From contig CAWCAG010000001.1 in assembly GCA_963793425.1 (NCBI GenBank), positions 224,001 to 288,000 on the forward strand: a DNA stretch of 64,000 nt. The letters run 5' to 3'. This stretch comes from an uncultured cyanobacterium (GTDB lineage Bacteria > Cyanobacteriota > Cyanobacteriia > Cyanobacteriales > CAWCAG01). Of the stretch, positions 51,214 through 61,386 are shown piece by piece. Made by a program: the position numbers and the translations under genes. Under the pieces are notes generated by a model. That model did not search any database, was not told the origin of the DNA, and saw only the letters and a program-made list of their open reading frames with translations. Numbering within the stretch: position 1 is the stretch's first letter; each line of letters starts with the position of its first letter.

Positions 51214-54200
51214 TTAGCTGGCTTTTTGTAGTTCGGTGAATTGCCAACGGGTTATGCCTTGTTCTTGGTTGGAGATGACTAGGCCAAACCATTCTAAACG
51301 TTCTAGATTTTGGGCGATCGCATCTAGTTTTTTAGGGGTGATACGCCCTTTAAATTGGGCGGCGATTTGTTTTACTGTCCATTGTCCGGGGGTGCTACGG
51401 AGTAAGTCGCGGATGGCGGCGAGTTGTTCTTTGGGTTTGCTGGGCCATTTTTGTTGTTCTACCGGAGGAACGATGGTTTCTTCTGGGGTGGTGATTTCGG
51501 TGAGGGTGGTTTGTTGATGTTGTATTTCTTCGGGGGCCTGGTATTCTGGACGTAGCCAGCGAATGAGGCCGTTACGTTCTTCTTCTGCCCTTTCTGCATT
51601 GAGGTTGACGAGGCGTTGGAGGATTTCTTCATCGGTGAGGTTTTGTGGCCAACCGTAAGCCTCAAAGACGGCGGTGTCTAGTTGGTCGTGGATTTGTTTG
51701 AGGGTGGAGACGAGGGCTTTATTGTTGTATTCCCGGTCTTTTTCCGTGAAGGGTTCCCCTGCCCGAAGTTTTTCCAGGAGGTTGTACATTCCGGTGATGG
51801 TTATTTCTGGATGGGCGGCTTGTACTTGTTTGCGGTGAGTGTCGAGGCGTTCACCTAGTTGGCGGATTTTTTGTTTTTGTTGGGGGGTTGGGTTTGGGAA
51901 GGGGAAGGGATCGAAGCATCGGGTATGGTTGTAGACAGGATCATTTCCGACTCCCATCCACCCACCTATTGCAGTAGCCCACTTCACATGAATATGACTC
52001 GATAAAACACCAAGATAGTAACAACTATCTGTAAAAATCATAACCACTCCACTTTCTGCCATTACATTAGATTTGAATAAACTAAATGTTCTATGTTTTG
52101 CTGTTCTGGTTGTAGCTATGTAGTTGTTTATTCCGTGCAAGCCTTCTCTTATGCTTATGTTTGAACGTCGATATTTCCACCACTCCCGCCTAAGTCTAGG
52201 ATCATTGTTAATTTGTCTGGTTGGCTTCACCTTTTCTAGAAGCCATTGATAAATAATTGGATACCGAATTTTTAGTTCTTGTTCTGGCAAGTGATTAACA
52301 TCTATTACATATCTCTCTTCTAGTTTTTGAGCTAAATCTCGTCCTGTAACAAAAGGGTGTACAACTTCTGACTGAATAAGAGCGTTATGGTTTTTATCAA
52401 TAAGAAAGCCTTGACTACCAAGCTCAAAACCTTTAGAGGTAAGATTTACATTGCTCTTTAAAACTTTAGCTTTCGTCGTATCAATACCGAAACTAAGATC
52501 ACTAAAAATTCTATCAACTTTTTTATACTTAATTAAAATTGCTGTTGCTTTATCTTCAGGAGTTTCTCCTTCATTCTCAGTTACTACAATACCTAACTGG
52601 GCAATTCCCACAGGTTTTCTGGAGTTGTTAAGTGCGCCAGCCGTCATAGTAATCCTAACTGCTGCTCCTCCATCAACCCAAGGATGATCCGGAATTGCGA
52701 AAATGATTCGAATGGGTCTCTTTTGCTTGAAGTGAAAGTCGATAACCTTCCTCTGGCGAACCTGGCGAATACTATTGGTTGTAATAACTCCAAATCGCTC
52801 AACCTTTCCCACCTGAACTAACTTGGCCGCTTTGTGCCACCAATACATAACATAATCAACTGTCTCTGAAACATCCGAATAGGTTGCCCGTAGAGTTTCT
52901 GTGTAACCGTCACCAAGGGCTTCTCTCATCCTCGCATTCCCAATAAAAGGCGGATTAGAAACCACATAATCAGCCTCCGGCCACTCCGCCTGCCTCGCAT
53001 TCAAATACTTATAAATCACCACCTGATCATCTGCATCAGGAACATCTTCCCCCGTCACTGGATGCTTGATCATCTTGCCACCCCAACGAGTCCTCACCTT
53101 CCCCGTTTTGGAGTCAACATCCGCTTCCTTGCCATCATAAGCCAACACTGCATCGCGACATTCAATATTATTAAACGCCTGCAAAACTGGTTGTGGTGGG
53201 GCAGAGTTGCCATAACGTTTAAAATACCATTGTAAATAACCAATCCAAATAACTAACTCGGCGATCGCCGCTGCCCTGGGGTTAATTTCAATGCCTAAAA
53301 ATTGCGACGGGTTAATTTGTTCCAAGACATTTAACTGTACCTTTCCTACCACATCCACCAGGCGTTTACTAACTTCTTGTTCCAACCCTTTAAGCAAATC
53401 TAAACAGACATAAAGAAAATTCCCTGTACCACAAGCCGGATCAAGAATCCTCAAACTACGAAGCTTAGCCAAGAATCCCCGTATCTCCTCCTCTGCTTTT
53501 TTGTTCTGAGTGGCAGTTTCTGACTCCAACAAGCGCTTGATTTCTAGCTCAATCTCATCCCACTCCTGACGCAAAGGTTCCATCACCACCGGACGCACTA
53601 GCCTTTCTACATAGGAACGAGGTGTATAGTGCGCCCCCAAGCGACTTCGTTCTTTTTTGTTTAAAGCCCGTTCTAACAAAGTCCCGAAAATAGCAGGTTC
53701 TACCTGACTCCAATCCTTGGCTGCTGCGGCGTATAACACCTCTAGCTGCTCTGTGGGTAATTCAAATGCCTTTGCTTCCTCAAAAAAGCTCCCATTGAAC
53801 CGTAATACCCGCTCAAAGCCGAATGTACCTCCGGTATTCATGGTTTGCCACAGGGATTCTATTTCTGGCTTAAAAGTTTGGGGGTTGGGAATCCAGCGAT
53901 CGCGCAGTGCTTTAGTAAACATTTCCCCTTTCAACAACTCCACATCCTCAGCAAACATGGTGAAGATGCAACGCATCAAAAAGCTGGCGGTTTCTTGGGG
54001 TTCCTTTCCCTTGTGCTTCTAACCACCGGGACAACTTGGCTAACTCTGCTGCAACCTCCCTTGTTACCCGCGCCCGATACTTTTCTGGATTAAGGCTTTG
54101 AGGGTCAGTGAAAATCTTGACAAAACGGTTAAAGATTTCCGGTTGCTGTAAATCGGCTAAATTAACCTGTTGTCTCGCCCCATAACTACCATATTCCCCA

Positions 54201-54640
54201 CTAAACCCCTGCCAAATTTCAAAATGGGAACCAATATCACAGGTAATTAAAAACGGGGGTAAAGATGGTAGCATCCGGTTATAGGCGTAGGATTTGCCTT
54301 GGTTAAAAGCTTTTTGCATCGCATCCCCGTAGCTTTTTGTCCCTCGCTTACCATGACCTTTACTAGATTTGATGCTGCCCTGTTTTGCTTCAATGAGAAA
54401 GTGACCTTCTTTATAAAAATCTGCAAAGCGAGTAGATTCAGTTCTCTCGCTGTAAAACTTAATATCCTTCTCAAAACAATAAGGATCACCGGAAACACTA
54501 CCTTTGGGCGGCGGTACTTCCACACCTAAAGCCAGACATAAATCACCAAAGAAGGTTTGATAATTAGCCCGTTCATTCCCTTCTGAACCTTGCCACTTTT
54601 TCAAAAATGTCCGGACGCGCTGTTTATCTGCTTCCTGCAT
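51214..54640 (-). pseudogene. MmeI/YeeA-like Type IIL/IIG restriction-modification enzyme (nuclease + N6 adenine MTase + TRD), frameshifted
   Basis: N-terminal ORF has FADFY..FLIEAK (PD-(D/E)xK-like). Main ORF has GAHYTP, ILDPACGTGNFL, VSNPPF. Removing one base at ~54005 restores QGKEPQETASFLMRC. Confidence 0.85.
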
Positions 54641-54736
54641 GGCAATCTTTCATCTAGATTGGAAGTATTATATTTAAAGCTATGCTACTAAGTTTATACT
54701 ATATTTTAATGCCGTACTAACCTTAGTGCCTTCAAA

Positions 54737-54923
54737 ATGCCAGCAAAAGATACCTACCATGATCTTGGTAGAAATCATTGCTGATAAAATTTGGTTACAT
54801 CGTGATGGAACTGAAGATGGTATTGCTGGCGATTTACTAGCAGCAGGTATTCCTAAGCAGAAAATTGTTTTAGGTTTTCACCATCCTCAAGTTCGTCAAC
54901 ATACAGAGTTTGCAGAAAAATAA
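54737..54923 (+). pseudogene. collapsed xisH-xisI pair (XisH start fused out of frame to XisI C-terminus)
   Basis: ATG CCA GCA AAA GAT ACC TAC CAT GAT = MPAKDTYHD (XisH-type start), followed by KIWLHRDGTEDGIA..LLAAGIPKQKIVLGFH (XisI C-terminus). Confidence 0.8.
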
Positions 54924-55007
54924 ATTAAATAATCTAGAGTTAGTTCGGACAGCCTGAGAAACTTGGGTTTGACGGAAAGCACAATTCTTTAACGGATCCG
55001 CCCCTAC

Positions 55008-56735
55008 TTAGTATTTTCTTTCCTTTGGTTCAAACATATCCACCACCACAGGCATATAATTCAGTTCGATTCCGGCTGGAGAATAGTAAGCTAAGGTATG
55101 ACTTAAGAAATTGCTATCATCTCTGTGGGGATAATCTTCCCTAGAATGAGCGCCACGACTTTCTTTGCGGTTGAGGGCGGAAGTAAGAATTGTTTCTCCT
55201 ACCACCATTAAACTTTTTAACTCCCAAGCTTCAATTAATTCGGTATTCCAACAACTATCTTTGTCATCAAGGTAAACATCTTGGTATTGCTGTTGCAACT
55301 CCTTCAACTTAGTCAAACCTGCTTCCATAGTTGCTTCGGTACGAAACACCCCACAATATTCGCTCATACAATCCTGGAATGCCTGTCGCAATGCCCCAAT
55401 ACGCATGGTTCCTTTTTGGTTAAAAAGACTTTGCAGGCGCTGTCTTGACCCTTCTAGATACATCTGTTCTTCAATTTCTGGTAACTTACGGTCTTGTACA
55501 TAACTTGCGATCGCAGCCCCAGTTCTTTTACCATAAACTATACACTCCAATAAAGAATTACTGCCCAAACGGTTAGCCCCATGTACAGAAACACAAGCGC
55601 ATTCTCCCGCCGCAAAAAACCCTGTTGCTAAACTCTCTCCACTCAAACGCACCCTGCCATCAGTGTTAACGGGAATGCCTCCCATGGAATAATGGGCAGT
55701 AGGACGGACTGGCATGGGTTCATTGACTGCATCAACCCCAACTAAACGGTGTGCCTCTTCCCAACAAAAGGGAACCCGACTCATAATCTTTTCTTTCCCC
55801 ATATGGCGCAAATCCAAATGGATGAAAGATCCCCCTGCACTACCATCTTTGTTTATACCTCTTCCGGCCCGAATTTCTAAGGTGATGGCGCGGGAGGTAA
55901 TATCACGGGGGGCGAGTTCCATTTGTTTCGGGGCATAATTAGCCATAAACCTCTCCCCCTGACTATTTCTTAAATAAGCCCCCTCCCCCCTGACAGCTTC
56001 GGAAATCAGTACCCCCACAGGATATAAACCCGTGGGATGGAATTGGACAAATTCCATATCTTCTAAAGGGACTCCTGCCATTGCAGACATAGCTAAACCA
56101 TCCCCGGTAGAAGCGAAGTCGTTGGAGGTGGTGTTAAAGACTCTGCCATAACCTCCTGTAGCAAACATGACAGCTTTGGCACGGATAATTTGTATTTCTC
56201 CATCTAGGAGATGATACATAACTATCCCCTTTGCTTCCCCTTCTTCGAGGATGAGTTGCATCACGTACCATTCTTCATAAACTTTGACTTGGTTGCGACG
56301 TAGGTTGTTAACTAATTCATGAAGGATGGCATGACCAGTTTTATCAGCAGCGTAGCAGGTACGTTTGTGGGAATGACCACCAAAAGCTCTTTGGGCAATG
56401 CGACCATCTTCTAAGCGAGAAAATAGCACTCCCATATGTTCTAAGTCTATGACTACATCGGGGGCTTCTTGGGTTAAGATTGCTACGGCATCTTGATCTG
56501 CTAAATAGTCCGAACCTTTGACAGTATCAAAAGCGTGTGCCTCCCAACTATCTTCAGGGTCAACATTTTTTAAACTAGCAGCCATGCCTCCCTGTGCCGC
56601 AACAGAATGGGAACGAATAGGATGGGTTTTGGCAACCAAACCTACATCTAAGTTAGGGTCTTGGCGTTTGATTTCTAAAGCAGCACGGCAACCTGCTAAG
56701 CCACCACCGATGATCATAATGTCGTGTTGTTGCAT
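55008..56735 (-). CDS. sdhA: succinate dehydrogenase/fumarate reductase flavoprotein subunit
   Basis: GGGLAG, RSHSVAAQGG, QFHPT, SEAVRGEG, HYSMGG, HGANRLGSNSL, ESRGAH, ERKY end. Confidence 0.95.
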   Translation of the reverse strand: MQQHDIMIIGGGLAGCRAALEIKRQDPNLDVGLVAKTHPIRSHSVAAQGGMAASLKNVDPEDSWEAHAFDTVKGSDYLADQDAVAILTQEAPDVVIDLEHMGVLFSRLEDGRIAQRAFGGHSHKRTCYAADKTGHAILHELVNNLRRNQVKVYEEWYVMQLILEEGEAKGIVMYHLLDGEIQIIRAKAVMFATGGYGRVFNTTSNDFASTGDGLAMSAMAGVPLEDMEFVQFHPTGLYPVGVLISEAVRGEGAYLRNSQGERFMANYAPKQMELAPRDITSRAITLEIRAGRGINKDGSAGGSFIHLDLRHMGKEKIMSRVPFCWEEAHRLVGVDAVNEPMPVRPTAHYSMGGIPVNTDGRVRLSGESLATGFFAAGECACVSVHGANRLGSNSLLECIVYGKRTGAAIASYVQDRKLPEIEEQMYLEGSRQRLQSLFNQKGTMRIGALRQAFQDCMSEYCGVFRTEATMEAGLTKLKELQQQYQDVYLDDKDSCWNTELIEAWELKSLMVVGETILTSALNRKESRGAHSREDYPHRDDSNFLSHTLAYYSPAGIELNYMPVVVDMFEPKERKY

Positions 56736-56809
56736 GGTTTTTCAGTTATCAGTAATAAAATCCAGGGAATGGTAATTGGAGCTATTTTATTATTTTGTGG
56801 CAGCTTAAG

Positions 56810-56918
56810 TGTTTACCTCCCATGCCCATTTTAAGAAAGTCGCCATCCCGCCACCAACAAGAAAAAATTTTGCTTGAAACTCAATTTTTCTTAATTGAGA
56901 TAATTATAACACAAATTA
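56810..56918 (-). repeat. ~110-bp dispersed repeat with extended -10 box, copy 2
   Basis: TGTTTACCTCCCATGCCCATTTTAAGAAAG...ATAATTATAACACAAATTA. Confidence 0.75.
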
Positions 56919-57043
56919 GTGAAGTACAAACCATTGCAAACAGAACCTAAAAATAAAGATTTGATATTTCGCGATCGCAAACACAAAAGCGAACATGAAC
57001 GCAAATTTCCAAAGGCTATAATCAATTAAGTTTGTGAAAGGAT

Positions 57044-57604
57044 TTGCTTTTATATAGTTATGAAGATTATGAGTTAAAGAAGGTGTTTAGTGATTATTTT
57101 GAAAGTAAACATGACCTCTATTTGGGGAAGAGTGCTATCAGGTACGATTTATTGATTTTGAGAGATCCTTTTAATTTGTTTGCTAGTAGAGTTAAGAAGA
57201 ATTATCTGGATGTACAAAATCATCAGCAAAATATGGTTGATTTATGGATTGAATATGCTGAGGAGTTTTTAGGGAAAACTAGTTACCTTAAACATAATAA
57301 AGTCTGTTTGAATTACAATCAGTGGGTTGAAGATGTTGATTATAGAAAGGAAATTTCTGCTCAACTTAATTTAGAATTTTCTGATGCGGGAATAGATAAG
57401 GTGAGTGGTTGCGGTGATGGTAGTTCTTTTGAAGGCCGTAGCTTAAATGGTAAAGCAGCTAAAATGGATGTTAATAATCGCTGGCAGCATTTCCTTGAGG
57501 ACGAATCCTACCGCGATTTAATGAATAATGAGCAGCTTGTCGGTTATTCAGAGCAGATTTTTGGTCATATCCCAGGAACAGAAAAGTTACGAACAGGTAA
57601 ATGA
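57044..57604 (+). pseudogene. sulfotransferase-like hypothetical protein, probably 5'-truncated
   Basis: LILRDPFNLFASR, NYNQW, GSSF motifs. There is no proper ATG/RBS and the frame is closed just upstream. Confidence 0.55.
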
Positions 57605-57608
57605 TAAA

Positions 57609-57636
57609 TGTAGCCTAACGGCAACGCTTACGCGAA
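57609..57636. repeat. small dispersed repeat (SDR-like), copy 3
   Basis: TGTAGCCTAACGGCAACGCTTACGCGAA. Confidence 0.6.
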
Positions 57637-57655
57637 TAATGTTTAATGTTCAATG

Positions 57656-58996
57656 TCAAGGTGTGGTTTTTGCTAAGGAAGGCAAGAAATTAACAATTTG
57701 AGGGAAAGTAATAATTAAAACCAAAACTAAAAGTTGAAGCAGAATAAAGGGAATTACACCGCGATAAATCTCTTGGGTTTTAATTTCCGGGGGAGCAACC
57801 CCTCGTAGATAAAAGAGGGCAAAACCAAAGGGCGGTGTTAAAAAAGAAGTTTGTAAGTTGGCTCCTAAAATTACTCCATACCAAACTAAATCTATGCCTA
57901 ACTTTTGGGCTACGGGAGCAAAAATAGGTATGACAATAAAAGCAATTTCAAAAAAGTCGATAAAGAAGCCTAAGAGAAATACTGTTAACATACTTACTAC
58001 TAAAAATCCCCAACTTCCTCCTGGTAAGTTAGTAAGTATTTCAGACATAAAAGTATCTCCCCCTAAACCTCGAAAAACCAAGCTGAAAGCAGTAGAACCT
58101 AGTAAGATAAACATCACCATACTAGTTACTCGTAAAGTGGCATCACATACTTGTTTGAGGGCTACCCAACTTAATTTTCGATTAGCCGCAGCAAGAATTA
58201 TTGTCCCTAATGAACCCACTGCCCCTGCTTCTGTAGGAGTGGCAATACCAAAGAAAATACTTCCTAAGACTAAAAATATTAAAAGTAAAGGCGGTATCAT
58301 TACTTTTAAGATCCGCAGTGCTAGTTTCTTGCCGCTAATATTCCTCACTTCTGGAGGTAAAGCCGGAGCAATTTCTGGTTTTAAAAAAGCAGCTATAATG
58401 ACATGAAGCGCGAAAGCTCCTGCCATTAATAAACCGGGAATTAAAGAGCCAACAAATAGCTTTCCTACCGGAACTCCTAATTGATCTCCTAAGACAACTA
58501 AAACCACACTAGGAGGAATTATTTGCCCTAAAGTTCCTGAAGCCGCAATGACTCCTGTAGCTAATTCTTTGTTATAGTTATAGCGCAGCATAATCGGCAA
58601 AGAAATTAAACCCATCGCCACAACTGTTGCTGCCACAACTCCTGTAGAAGCAGCTAAAAGTGCGCCTACTATTACTACGGCTAAAGCTAATCCTCCTCGC
58701 AACCTCCCAAACAAAATCCCCATAGTTTCTAATAACTTTTCGGCAATGCCTGTTTTTTCTAACATTGCTCCTAAAAAGATAAAGTAAGGGATGGCAAGGA
58801 GGGTAAAATTGCCCATAATACCAAAAATTCTTTGGGGCATAGCGTTAAGCAAGGAGGGATTAAAAGCTCCTAAACTAAAGCCAATGACAGCAAAAAGAAT
58901 GGCTACCCCACCTAAAGAAAAAGCAACAGGATAACCAAGAGATAATAGAATCAATGCCCCGATAAACATAAAAGGGCTTAACCATTCTGTTCCCAT
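57656..58996 (-). CDS. dctM: TRAP transporter large permease
   Basis: LLAIPYFIFLG, SGTLGQIIPPS, ATPTEA, SFLTPPFG. Confidence 0.93.
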   Translation of the reverse strand: MGTEWLSPFMFIGALILLSLGYPVAFSLGGVAILFAVIGFSLGAFNPSLLNAMPQRIFGIMGNFTLLAIPYFIFLGAMLEKTGIAEKLLETMGILFGRLRGGLALAVVIVGALLAASTGVVAATVVAMGLISLPIMLRYNYNKELATGVIAASGTLGQIIPPSVVLVVLGDQLGVPVGKLFVGSLIPGLLMAGAFALHVIIAAFLKPEIAPALPPEVRNISGKKLALRILKVMIPPLLLIFLVLGSIFFGIATPTEAGAVGSLGTIILAAANRKLSWVALKQVCDATLRVTSMVMFILLGSTAFSLVFRGLGGDTFMSEILTNLPGGSWGFLVVSMLTVFLLGFFIDFFEIAFIVIPIFAPVAQKLGIDLVWYGVILGANLQTSFLTPPFGFALFYLRGVAPPEIKTQEIYRGVIPFILLQLLVLVLIITFPQIVNFLPSLAKTTP

Positions 58997-59517
58997 TACT
59001 CTTCCTCCTGAAAAATAACCCAGTTTTTGATAGTTTCCGAAATACCTTGAAGAATTAACAAAATTAAACTAACAATAATCATTGACTTGATGGGAAAGCG
59101 AGGTAAACCATCAGGATCAGAAGACATTTCCCAAATTGCCCAAGAATTGAGTGTCCACCCCCAAGAAAAGTAAATTACCATCAGACAAAAAGGAATTAAA
59201 AATAACAAAGTACCGATAATATTGATGAGGGCTTTTTTTCTACGGTTAAGGTCTTTATAAAACAAGTCTACGCGGACGTGTTCGTTATGTTTTAAACTGT
59301 ATGCTGCTCCTAACAAGAAAACGAGATCAAATAAGTACCACTGAGATTCTATTAAACCGTTAGAAGTTAATTTTTCCCCTAACCAACGACCAAGATAACG
59401 ACCTGCTACGTTCCAAGTACCTATGACAACCATAACCAAGACTAGCCAATAGGTAAGACGACCAATTCCTTCATTTAAGTTGTCTATGAGGCGAGAGATT
59501 TTTAAAAGTGTTTGCAA
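58996..59517 (-). CDS. dctQ: TRAP transporter small permease
   Basis: Four TM, HVRVDLFY motif, overlaps the dctM start. Confidence 0.92.
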   Translation of the reverse strand: MQTLLKISRLIDNLNEGIGRLTYWLVLVMVVIGTWNVAGRYLGRWLGEKLTSNGLIESQWYLFDLVFLLGAAYSLKHNEHVRVDLFYKDLNRRKKALINIIGTLLFLIPFCLMVIYFSWGWTLNSWAIWEMSSDPDGLPRFPIKSMIIVSLILLILQGISETIKNWVIFQEEE

Positions 59518-59545
59518 TTGATAAAATTTCCTTAAGGCGAATGTT

Positions 59546-60487
59546 TTAATTAATATGTAAATTCATAAATAAAGTTATCAAAAAAATTAATAACCCAGGA
59601 ATTATCAATAAATAGAGAGCTGGTTTAAAGCGAAATATAGCGAGGGTTAATGCCAAAACTTTGAGATCGAATATAGAACCAAAAAGTAAAAAGGCTAGCA
59701 TTGAGCCATTACTGAAACTAGAAGTAAAGAAGTTAGCGAAGAAAGCGTTGACAGCCGATCCTGTGGAAATGACTGTACTGAGAGCTAACATAGATAAGAT
59801 TGATGTAACTGGCCCTTGGGCAAAATCTAGTATAGTTAAGCGGGGGAGAAAAACTTGAATTAAAGCGACTATTCCACAGCTAAAGAGGAGGATGCTGCCT
59901 AATTCGGTTGACTCTTTGATAAAATTGTCTAGAAAAAGATTTAAGTTACGACCAAAAAACTTGCTTTGATGATCTCCCAGTTTTGCCCTTTCTTCTGAAG
60001 TAAAAGTAGCAGAACGAAGTAAGTTGGTAGGATATTCTGGCAAATCATCTTTAGCTAAAAAAGATTTTTCTCCTAAATTGGCTTTAAAAATATAACCGAC
60101 TAAAGTTGCGATCGCCACAGTAAAAACAACTCTCAAAGTTACAAATTGTGGTTGAGCCTGAAAAGCTACTGAAGTAGAATAAAGGGTAAAAGCATTAATA
60201 GTGGGCGCACCTAAGAAAAAGCCAATTGCCAATGGTGCAGAAACTCCTTGGGTTAGCAATCGTCGCACTACGGGAATATTGCCATACTTACATACCGGTA
60301 GCACCAAACCTAGACAACTACCCAAAAAAGCTGCTAAAAAGGGATTGCCTGGACAAAAGGATGATAAGGAGCGCTGTTCTCCTAACACTAGCAGTAAACT
60401 TGAGATGGCTACCCCCAGTAATAGGAAAGGAATCGTCTCAAATAGTAAACTCAAAAATAGAGTAGGAGCATTATTCAACAAAGTCAT
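59546..60487 (-). CDS. permease (DUF318/ArsP-like)
   Basis: ETIPFLLLGV, PVCKYGNIPV, APTIN, FLLFGSIFDLK. Confidence 0.85.
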   Translation of the reverse strand: MTLLNNAPTLFLSLLFETIPFLLLGVAISSLLLVLGEQRSLSSFCPGNPFLAAFLGSCLGLVLPVCKYGNIPVVRRLLTQGVSAPLAIGFFLGAPTINAFTLYSTSVAFQAQPQFVTLRVVFTVAIATLVGYIFKANLGEKSFLAKDDLPEYPTNLLRSATFTSEERAKLGDHQSKFFGRNLNLFLDNFIKESTELGSILLFSCGIVALIQVFLPRLTILDFAQGPVTSILSMLALSTVISTGSAVNAFFANFFTSSFSNGSMLAFLLFGSIFDLKVLALTLAIFRFKPALYLLIIPGLLIFLITLFMNLHIN

Positions 60488-60861
60488 GCGGTTTGGGTGT
60501 GGGATACCTTTATTTTGGTAAGATTTCGATTAGATTTTACACTTAAACCAGGTACTTTATCAGTTACTAGTTATTAAGTGGCTAAGATGAGAAGCTGAAT
60601 TTGAGGCACTTGGTTAGAGGATGCAACTTTCATTAACCTCTTTCTAAAGAAATAACTCACTTTAGTTGTTTCTATTTCTATAGATTGAGATTTTCTGCTT
60701 TGCTTTGCTTTCTTGGTTTGTAAATTCAAAAATGCTTTTCTATAACCAAACAATCATTCCTTCTAAGGGAAAAATCTCTAGTCCTAAGAAAGATAAATAA
60801 GCATTGAATATTCGTTAATTTCGTGGTAGTAAAATAAAGTTATATTAAATGGGAAATAGAA

Positions 60862-61341
60862 ATGTCTGAAACAAGTAGTGCAACAAACAACAAGAAGATT
60901 TCTAGAGTCTTTATCGATATTCTCAGCTTTGTGGTAGCAATTATTGCTTCAGCAATTCTTACCGGCTTTCTAGCTTTTTTAATTGCTCAAGCCTTTGATT
61001 GGCAATTTTGGGCAGGGCTAAAAAGTTTATTAGCGACAGTTCTGCCTATTGTTACTATTTACTATGTTACCTCATTCACTGAAATCACCAACAGAGAAAA
61101 TTCGATTCCTCTGTTTAATATCTATTTCATTTTTACTCTTTGGTCGATAGTTTTATTTGTCATCTTACAATACTTTTCTAGTTCCTTTATCCCTATACCA
61201 GAAGTTGCTTTATCTTTTACCATTGCTTGCTTCTTTAACTTTGCTAGGAAAAGTTCTTTTCAAGCCTTCTTGTCCTGCGCCTATGGAATTGTTTCAGGCT
61301 TCTTAATTTATTCTCTTTTCTTTGGTATACCCGTGCGGTAA
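60862..61341 (+). CDS. hypothetical membrane protein
   Basis: 159-aa multi-TM ORF. Confidence 0.65.
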   Translation: MSETSSATNNKKISRVFIDILSFVVAIIASAILTGFLAFLIAQAFDWQFWAGLKSLLATVLPIVTIYYVTSFTEITNRENSIPLFNIYFIFTLWSIVLFVILQYFSSSFIPIPEVALSFTIACFFNFARKSSFQAFLSCAYGIVSGFLIYSLFFGIPVR

Positions 61342-61386
61342 CTTTCCAGAGATACTCGTATGTAGTAGGAAAAAGTCATAAATTGA

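Noticed and set aside
54003..54010. Programmed -1 ribosomal frameshift at GGGAAAG
   Set aside because: Restoring the RM frame needs +1, and the heptamer is not in the proper phase.
51214..54640. BREX (PglX) or DISARM system
   Set aside because: No companion genes (brxC/pglZ/drm helicases) are nearby. A stand-alone MmeI-like RM fits better.
57858..58406. 182-aa plus-strand ORF and similar antisense ORFs inside glsF, sdhA, ahcY, manC and others
   Set aside because: Antisense shadows of well-supported genes with no motifs.
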